From assembly GCA_028713935.1 (NCBI GenBank), contig JAQTNI010000053.1, forward strand, positions 1 to 6,799: 6,799 nucleotides of DNA, in the 5' to 3' direction. Position 1 is the stretch's first letter. Each line of letters opens with the position of its first letter. This DNA is from Candidatus Iainarchaeum sp. (GTDB lineage Archaea; Iainarchaeota; Iainarchaeia; Iainarchaeales; GCA-2688035). The position numbers were made by a program, and so were the translations under genes. The notes beneath the pieces were generated by a model. The model saw only the letters and a list, made by a program, of their open reading frames with translations. It was not told where the DNA came from and did not search any database. Positions 1 to 4,272 of this stretch are shown here, one piece after another.

Positions 1-1
1 T

Positions 2-388
2 TCAAAGCATGCGCCTGCAATGCAACTTTCATTGTCAGAACTGGCAGAGGTTGAGCCGAAAAACAGGCATCTGCTCAAGGAGCTTCTTGAAGAAAAACAA
101 AAATACCAGAGGGAAATCGAGCTTGCACAGAACAGGTATTTTAAACGCAAAATTGACGAAAAAACCTATCAGGGAATTGTCAATTCTGGGCAGGCAAAAA
201 TGATTGAAATTGACGCCAGGGTAAGGTCAATCAAGACTACTCAGGATATCAAGCATGCTTTTTTTGACCTCAAGGAAAAACTGAAAACAGAGCAGCAGAG
301 TTTTGCAAAAAAAGAACAGGCTGAAATTGAAAGGATTGCAAAAGAAATCCTTTCCCAGCTTGAAAAATCAGGGAACAACAATTTTTGA
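2..388 (+). CDS. Hypothetical Lys/Glu/Gln-rich coiled-coil protein, probably 5'-partial. The frame is open to the left window edge; the first in-frame ATG is at 20.
   Basis: There is no stop in this frame between position 2 and the TGA at 386-388. The heptad-like charged composition (KELLEEKQKYQREIELAQNRYFKRKIDEKTY...) is typical of coiled coils. I recognised no catalytic motif. The 3' end overlaps the convergent flavodoxin gene by 21 nt. Confidence 0.45.
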   Translation, partial: SKHAPAMQLSLSELAEVEPKNRHLLKELLEEKQKYQREIELAQNRYFKRKIDEKTYQGIVNSGQAKMIEIDARVRSIKTTQDIKHAFFDLKEKLKTEQQSFAKKEQAEIERIAKEILSQLEKSGNNNF

Positions 389-853
389 ATAAATTTTTTC
401 GCACAATTCGGCTGTTTTTTTCAAATGCTTTTCGCCTAAAGGAAAAAGTGATTTTATTGTAAAAGAATCCAGGACAACAGCGCCCTTCACAGCCAGAATG
501 CTTGACATTTTTTTTGTGCCGCTTCCTGCCAAGCCATGGCAGGTTAAGAACAAAACAAATTTTTTTTGCCCGGTTTTTTCAATTGTTTTCAAAAAAGAAA
601 TTGCAACAGGAGTTGGCTGCATTCCCCAGACAGGGCTGCCGACAAAAACCAGGTCATAATTGCTCATTGCAAAAGGCACTTTTTTCAAATCAACCCGGCC
701 AAGCTTTTCAAGCTCTTTTGGAGAAAAATCCTTTGCAGGCTCAAGCCTGTACAATTCAACAAGAGCCTTTTTTGACTCAAAAAAAGCTTTTATTGCAAGG
801 GCGACCTTTTCAGTATTCCCAGTTTTTGAATGAAAAAAAACCGCTACATGCAT
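368..853 (-). CDS. Flavodoxin-like fold protein (short-chain flavodoxin family), 161 aa from the ATG at 853
   Basis: The N-terminus MHVAVFFHSKTGNTEKVA carries the flavodoxin phosphate-binding loop (S/T-x-T-G-x-T). A second typical segment, DLVFVGSPVWGMQP, follows. The ORF-track start at 979 is a GTG. I prefer the ATG at 853 because a TATA-like TTTTTTAAAT (minus strand, about 884-893) and a T6 run (915-920) lie inside the proposed extension. Confidence 0.85.
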   Translation of the reverse strand: MHVAVFFHSKTGNTEKVALAIKAFFESKKALVELYRLEPAKDFSPKELEKLGRVDLKKVPFAMSNYDLVFVGSPVWGMQPTPVAISFLKTIEKTGQKKFVLFLTCHGLAGSGTKKMSSILAVKGAVVLDSFTIKSLFPLGEKHLKKTAELCEKIYSKIVVP

Positions 854-914
854 GGCAAAACCAAAAACAATCACTGCCAAAGAATTTAAAAAATGGCAAT
901 GCCTTGGTTCCAGC

Positions 915-920
915 AAAAAA
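915..920 (-). terminator. Oligo-T tract (T6 on the minus strand) about 56 nt downstream of the Fic stop; candidate archaeal terminator
   Basis: AAAAAA on the plus strand at 915-920 reads TTTTTT in the Fic transcript direction. Archaeal RNA polymerase terminates at oligo-T tracts. Confidence 0.3.
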
Positions 921-975
921 GCAGACTGGTTTCCGGTTTTTCCGTGCAGCAGGCATTCGTAAAATCGGCAAATTC

Positions 976-1956
976 TCACCCTATCCTTTTGTTTTTTATC
1001 TGGCTGATGAATGCCTGGCAGCAGAATTTTACAAAGTTTTTTTCATTTTTCGTTTCAACCGACTTTATTAGTGTTTCAAAATATTCCGGCGTATTTTTTG
1101 AAATGTTTAATATTGGATAATTGTTTTCTTGAAGCACTTTATTGAACAACAGCCTGCAGATTCTTTTGTTTCCGTCTTTGAATGGATGGATTAAATAGAT
1201 TTTCAAGTGAACTAAAGCAGCCAACTCCAGCGGATGAATGTTTTTGTTTTGTTCATACCATTCAAAAAATTTTTTGAATTCTTTTTTTGCTTGGGCGGGC
1301 TCCGGAGGCCTGTAACTGATTTCTTCGCTTTGAAAAGTCTTTGGATTAAACCTTGCAATTATTCTCTGGTCATCACGCAATTGCCCAGGGCTTTTGCTTT
1401 CAAAAGAAGACATTATTATTCCATGCAACCTTAAAACATCTTTTTCATTTATCCCCAATTTTGGAAGAAAATTAAATCCAGTAATCATTGCACCAGAAAT
1501 AATAACCTTTTTGTCAAAAGTAAATTCCCCTTTTTCTTTTTGAAGAATTGTATAAGCTGTTTCAACATCAGAAAACCCAACATCCACTCCTTCAGTCCTC
1601 AAAGTAGTGTAAACAAAATTCAACGTCTGGCTTTTGTAAAATTCATCTTTTTTTCTCCCGCTTAATTTGTTAAATCTGTTCAAAAAATTTTCCCTAATCC
1701 TTTCAACTTCAACCAATTCTTCTTTGGAAAGAAAAGAAAAATTAAACTTAGCCAGTCTTTCATCATATAACCCGCTTAATGCCTTTTTTGCCTTTTCTTC
1801 AAGTTCCTTTTCCTTTTTGCCCAGTTCCCTATTAGAAGGCTTTTCCTTGCCCAAATAAACAGAAACACGCTTCCACTTGTCTTTGCCAATCTTAAGGTTC
1901 TTTTCAAGGTAAAAATAAGTCTTTCCCTTAATCTTCCTTTCAATCAAATTAGCCAT
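976..1956 (-). CDS. Fic/DOC family protein (putative AMPylase/adenylyltransferase), 326 aa from the ATG at 1956
   Basis: The catalytic loop HPFKDGNKRICR (nt 1153-1188) matches HxFx[D/E]GN[G/K]RxxR. TLRTEG (nt 1588-1605) matches the inhibitory [S/T]xxxE[G/N] motif N-terminal of the core. The track start at 2010 is a GTG encoding a hydrophobic, non-homologous-looking leader. The ATG at 1956 gives MANLIERKIKGKTYFYLEK..., a basic N-terminus I recognise from archaeal Fic proteins. Confidence 0.92.
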   Translation of the reverse strand: MANLIERKIKGKTYFYLEKNLKIGKDKWKRVSVYLGKEKPSNRELGKKEKELEEKAKKALSGLYDERLAKFNFSFLSKEELVEVERIRENFLNRFNKLSGRKKDEFYKSQTLNFVYTTLRTEGVDVGFSDVETAYTILQKEKGEFTFDKKVIISGAMITGFNFLPKLGINEKDVLRLHGIIMSSFESKSPGQLRDDQRIIARFNPKTFQSEEISYRPPEPAQAKKEFKKFFEWYEQNKNIHPLELAALVHLKIYLIHPFKDGNKRICRLLFNKVLQENNYPILNISKNTPEYFETLIKSVETKNEKNFVKFCCQAFISQIKNKRIG

Positions 1957-1987
1957 AATAATTACGTTCACCAAAAAGATTAAAAAA

Positions 1988-2060
1988 GGTGGTGATAATA
2001 TTATCTCCACCTAAAACAAAAAAACAAGTGGTGATAATTTGCAGGGGGTGACAAATCACC
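1988..2060 (-). promoter_or_regulatory. Array of GGTGAT-containing palindromes, each followed by a T-run, between the cupin and Fic genes. Candidate tandem terminators and/or an operator abutting the Fic TATA element.
   Basis: At 1988-2011, GGTGGTGATAATATTATCTCCACC is a 24-nt palindrome with 11 of 12 arm positions complementary. GTGGTGATAAT at 1989-1999 recurs exactly at 2028-2038. At 2047-2060, GGTGA-CAAA-TCACC is a palindrome. GGTGATAATTTG at 2031-2042 can alternatively pair with CAAATCACC at 2052-2060. On the minus strand the upstream hairpin (2028-2060) is followed by T7 (plus 2018-2024) and the 24-nt palindrome by T6 (plus 1982-1987). Confidence 0.5.
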
Positions 2061-2107
2061 AAAAGAAAAAACAACAGCGTTTTTATTTTTCTATGCCCTC
2101 TTTTTGT

Positions 2108-2461
2108 TCATTCAAGCCATTCTGTGTCATCACTGTAGTTTGCTTTTGTGAAAAACAGCACTAATCCTTTGCTGCCACTTTTGACCTCATGAAGTTCGTC
2201 TGGCTCTACAATAAACATAACACTGGGGCGCAATCTTATAATTTGTTCTCCAGACTTTACAGTGCCAGAACCAGCAAGCACACATTCTAATTCCGTTTGC
2301 CCTTTATGATAATGGGGCTTTATGGTGGTATTTGGCGGAATGCGAATGAACTGAACCTTGCAATCTTTGCTTGTTGTGTTCTGGGTTTTCATCAATGTTT
2401 TTCTGAAATAACCGTGTTTGGTATCTTGCCATTTCAATTTTGAAGGTTCTATCTTAAGCAT
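2108..2461 (-). CDS. Small single-domain cupin (cupin_2-like metal-binding barrel), 117 aa
   Basis: PHYHKGQTELECVLAGSG fits cupin motif 1 (HxH(x)3-4E(x)6G). VEPDELHEVKSG supplies the motif 2 His. An AGGAG Shine-Dalgarno-like element at 2471-2475 sits 9 nt upstream of the ATG. Confidence 0.85.
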   Translation of the reverse strand: MLKIEPSKLKWQDTKHGYFRKTLMKTQNTTSKDCKVQFIRIPPNTTIKPHYHKGQTELECVLAGSGTVKSGEQIIRLRPSVMFIVEPDELHEVKSGSKGLVLFFTKANYSDDTEWLE

Positions 2462-2498
2462 CTGAAAAAACTCCTGTTTTTTTAACTTAGTAGTTTAT

Positions 2499-2621
2499 TG
2501 CGGGAGGAGAGATTCGAACTCTCGAAGCCACTAAGGCGCCGGCCATTTGAAATCCTTATTTTTTCATCAAAATAAAAAGATATCCTCAAGCCGGTAGAAT
2601 AGACCGCTATCCGACTCCCGC
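2499..2621 (-). tRNA. Intron-containing class II tRNA, best read as tRNA-Leu(GAG). No CCA is encoded.
   Basis: Minus-strand read: acceptor GCGGGAG/CTCCCGC; D arm GGA-TAGCGGTCTAT-TCT with G10-U25; anticodon stem CCGGC/GCCGG; T arm GAGAG-TTCGAAT-CTCTC; a 15-nt variable arm CGCCTTAGTGGCTTC; discriminator A at 2499. The anticodon GAG sits at plus 2585-2587 (ctc). G37, A73 and the long variable arm fit Leu. Confidence 0.88.
2545..2583 (-). other. 39-nt tRNA intron at canonical position 37/38 with a bulge-helix-bulge splice motif
   Basis: The central 4-bp helix UUGA (tRNA positions 32-35) pairs with intron UCAA. It is flanked by 3-nt bulges GGA (5' side) and AUG (3' side). The outer helix is the CCGGC/GCCGG anticodon stem. 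The inner helix is an A/U-rich intron hairpin whose first pair is a U-U mismatch, so this is a slightly relaxed BHB. Confidence 0.75.
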
Positions 2622-2648
2622 GTACAAGGAAATAGGGTTCAGTTTTCC

Positions 2649-2657
2649 TTTTAAAAT
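2649..2657 (-). promoter_or_regulatory. Candidate TATA box for the tRNA gene
   Basis: ATTTTAAAA on the minus strand is centred about 30 nt upstream of tRNA position 1 (2621). An A-rich stretch on its upstream side could be a BRE. Confidence 0.4.
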
Positions 2658-2696
2658 TTGCTGTCGCTGTTCTAGCGTGGTTCTTGGGGGGCAGAA

Positions 2697-2726
2697 ACCA
2701 AATTTTTTCCCTATTCTAAATTTGGT
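2697..2726 (-). terminator. 9-bp inverted repeat (ACCAAATTT / AAATTTGGT, 12-nt loop) downstream of the FKBP gene; possible 3'-end hairpin
   Basis: The arms at 2697-2705 and 2718-2726 are perfectly complementary. The repeat lies about 50 nt past the FKBP stop (2774-2776). No strong T-run follows on the minus strand, so a terminator role is uncertain. Confidence 0.25.
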
Positions 2727-2773
2727 TGTGTGTTTTGGATTACTTTAAAGTTTTGAAAGCAGATTTCCGCTGT

Positions 2774-3313
2774 TCATTTTGCTTTTGTTATTTCAACCAC
2801 TTTTATCCAGAAGACAAGTGTTTTTCCCGCCATTGGGTGGTTAAAATCAATTATTACTGAATCGGTTTTTATTTGTATTATTGTGCCAATTCCTGCCTGC
2901 GGAGACTGCAATGTCATTCCAACTTTCAGATTATTTGAGTCTGCAATGCTGCTTTTTGGGATTTCAATTATTTTTGATTCATCCCTTGCCCCATAAGCAT
3001 CTTCGGGCTTAAGCGTAATTGTTTTTTCGTCATTCAGCCGCATTCCGATTACTGCGCTGTCAAAGCCCTTAATCATTTCGCCCTTGCCGGCAGTGAATTC
3101 AAGGGGTTCGCCGAATTTTGCGCTTGAATCAAATTCTTCTCCATTCTCAAAAGTGCCCTTGTACTCCACTTTTATCTTGTCTCCTGTTTCAACTATTTTT
3201 GACAAATCCACTGTTCCACCACCATTATTATCCTGGCTTGCCTGCTGGGCACAGCCAGCCAGAGCCAGACCAAGAATTATTATTGCCAATAAAACTGGGA
3301 ATATTTTTTTCAT
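2774..3313 (-). CDS. FKBP-type peptidyl-prolyl cis-trans isomerase (SlyD-like with insert-in-flap domain) carrying an N-terminal signal peptide and lipobox, 179 aa
   Basis: The signal and lipobox are MKKIFPVLLAIIILGLALAGC. The FKBP core is GDKIKVEYKGTFENGEEFDSS...PLEFTAGKGEMIKGFDSAVIGMRLNDEKTITLKPEDAYG. The IF-domain and closing strand end in ...DFNHPMAGKTLVFWIKVVEI. The track start at 3364 is a TTG; I prefer the ATG at 3313. Confidence 0.9.
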   Translation of the reverse strand: MKKIFPVLLAIIILGLALAGCAQQASQDNNGGGTVDLSKIVETGDKIKVEYKGTFENGEEFDSSAKFGEPLEFTAGKGEMIKGFDSAVIGMRLNDEKTITLKPEDAYGARDESKIIEIPKSSIADSNNLKVGMTLQSPQAGIGTIIQIKTDSVIIDFNHPMAGKTLVFWIKVVEITKAK

Positions 3314-3380
3314 TTGCACGCCAAATAAATTGGAAAGCAAAAAGAATAAATACCAAACATGCAACTGCTGAACAACAGAT

Positions 3381-3388
3381 TTTTATAC
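3381..3388 (+). promoter_or_regulatory. Candidate TATA box (TTTTATAC) for the Cys-rich lipoprotein gene, implying a leaderless or near-leaderless mRNA
   Basis: It is centred about 26 nt upstream of the ATG at 3411. There is no Shine-Dalgarno-like sequence in between. Confidence 0.4.
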
Positions 3389-3410
3389 ATGCAATTCCCT
3401 ATTATTACAC

Positions 3411-4142
3411 ATGAAAACAATCCTGTTATTGCTTGTTTTGATTGCTTTTGCTTTTTTGCTAAATGGATGCACCCAGGCAAGCCCTGATAACAATGTGCCT
3501 GTTTGCACACAAGTGGTTACTTATGCTGTTGATTCAGAGGGCAAATGCCAGGGCTTTCCAACTTCCTGCATCCCAGAAGGATATACAAAAGTGGAAGCCT
3601 GTTCAAATCCGTGTGAAAGAGTAAGCTGTGAAAACAAGTGCGATGGCTTTACAATGCTTTCAGAGGGCAAATGCCAATTGGAAAACAATGCCCCAAAATG
3701 TGTTTATTCAAATTCTGAAGCCAATTCTTCAATTTGTGGCTACAAAAATTTTAACCTTGAAGCAGAAGCAACCCTAAGATACTGCAATTACAACGCGTAT
3801 TTTGACAGTTATACTTTTTTCCTTTCAGTTAAAAACATTGGCAATGATTCGCCAAAGCCGGGTTCAAGCGTCTGGCTTGTTGGCCCTGAAATAACACAAA
3901 AAATTTACAAGCCCATTTACAATACTTACGACAAGGGAATTTTCTGGTGGCAGGAAGTCTTCACTGACAAGCCCTACAGGGGCCAGACTTTTGAGCTGCC
4001 AAATGAGGCGGAATTCAGGAAAATGGATTACAAATTCATTTACTGTGAATTGCAGAACAACAACACGGATTCCTGCACTGAACAAAACGGCCTGGTTCTT
4101 TATTCAGGGGATACAAACAAGGACTGCAACATGGCAAGTTGA
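3411..4142 (+). CDS. Hypothetical secreted or membrane-anchored Cys-rich lipobox protein, 243 aa
   Basis: The signal peptide and lipobox-like site are MKTILLLLVLIAFAFLLNGC. Fourteen further Cys follow, eleven in the N-terminal half (residues 32-125) and three near the C-terminus. An internal SEGKCQ duplication is present. The C-terminal half (FFLSVKNIGNDSPKPGSSVWLVGPE...) looks like a beta-sandwich and is faintly CARDB-like. I recognise no enzymatic motif. Confidence 0.75.
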   Translation: MKTILLLLVLIAFAFLLNGCTQASPDNNVPVCTQVVTYAVDSEGKCQGFPTSCIPEGYTKVEACSNPCERVSCENKCDGFTMLSEGKCQLENNAPKCVYSNSEANSSICGYKNFNLEAEATLRYCNYNAYFDSYTFFLSVKNIGNDSPKPGSSVWLVGPEITQKIYKPIYNTYDKGIFWWQEVFTDKPYRGQTFELPNEAEFRKMDYKFIYCELQNNNTDSCTEQNGLVLYSGDTNKDCNMAS

Positions 4143-4163
4143 TCAGGGCAAAAACAAGTTGAT
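4134..4163 (+). repeat. Two exact 10-nt direct repeats, CAAGTTGATC, spaced 20 nt start to start
   Basis: The copies lie at 4134-4143 (spanning the TGA stop of the Cys-rich gene) and 4154-4163. The second copy ends about 20 nt upstream of the TATA box at 4184. Confidence 0.6.
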
Positions 4164-4183
4164 CTGGCGCCGAGTCAAAAAGC

Positions 4184-4191
4184 TTTAAATA
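4184..4191 (+). promoter_or_regulatory. Near-consensus archaeal TATA box TTTAAATA preceded by a purine-rich BRE-like AAAAAGC; candidate promoter of the ABC-2 operon
   Basis: The sequence is GTCAAAAAGCTTTAAATAAATATG. It sits about 85 nt upstream of the ATG at 4273, implying a 5' UTR of roughly 55-60 nt. Confidence 0.5.
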
Positions 4192-4272
4192 AATATGCAC
4201 CTAATTTTTTGAGTTTGATAACTGTAAAAAAGCAGGCTGTTCAGCACCTGCAAAGGCAGGGAAACAAAAGGG

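Noticed and set aside
502-1071. A 189-aa plus-strand ORF, with nested ORFs at 566-775 and 893-1120, lying opposite the flavodoxin gene and the Fic 3' end
   Set aside because: It is entirely antisense to a gene with clear family motifs. The translation is low-complexity (runs of F, K, Q, L) with no recognisable motif, as expected for a shadow ORF in AT-rich DNA.
1957-2010. Upstream alternative starts proposed by the ORF track: GTG 2010 for Fic, GTG 979 for flavodoxin, TTG 3364 for FKBP, TTG 5243 for the permease
   Set aside because: Each extension adds non-homologous, mostly hydrophobic or odd sequence and overlaps promoter-like or palindromic elements. In every case an ATG downstream begins the recognisable domain or signal peptide. 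The 979 case is kept as a separate finding because of the HxKTGN echo.
2564-2569. UGAUGA (a C-box-like hexamer) inside the tRNA intron, reminiscent of the intron-encoded C/D box sRNA in archaeal tRNA-Trp
   Set aside because: The intron is only 39 nt and has no CUGA D box, no C'/D' boxes and no guide-length spacer. The hexamer sits in the loop of the A/U hairpin and is most likely coincidental.
2499-2621. An alternative reading of the tRNA as tRNA-Ser(UGA), using ACCGG as the anticodon stem
   Set aside because: It needs an A-C mismatch at 27:43 and breaks the BHB register, because the central 4-bp helix would no longer start at position 32. Discriminator A73 and G37 also fit Leu better than Ser.
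1-2621. The idea that cupin-Fic-flavodoxin is an island integrated at the tRNA 3' end
   Set aside because: I found no direct repeat of the tRNA 3' half (for example GATTCGAACTCTC or GGGAGGAG) anywhere else in the window. There is no integrase or recombinase gene and no obvious compositional break. A boundary outside the window cannot be excluded.
3084-3414. Plus-strand ORFs at 3084-3371 and 3118-3414 and a minus-strand ORF at 3310-3510, overlapping the FKBP gene and the divergent promoter
   Set aside because: They are antisense to, or overlap, well-supported genes and their promoter region. No motifs are present, and the minus ORF would run through the Cys-rich gene's signal-peptide region.
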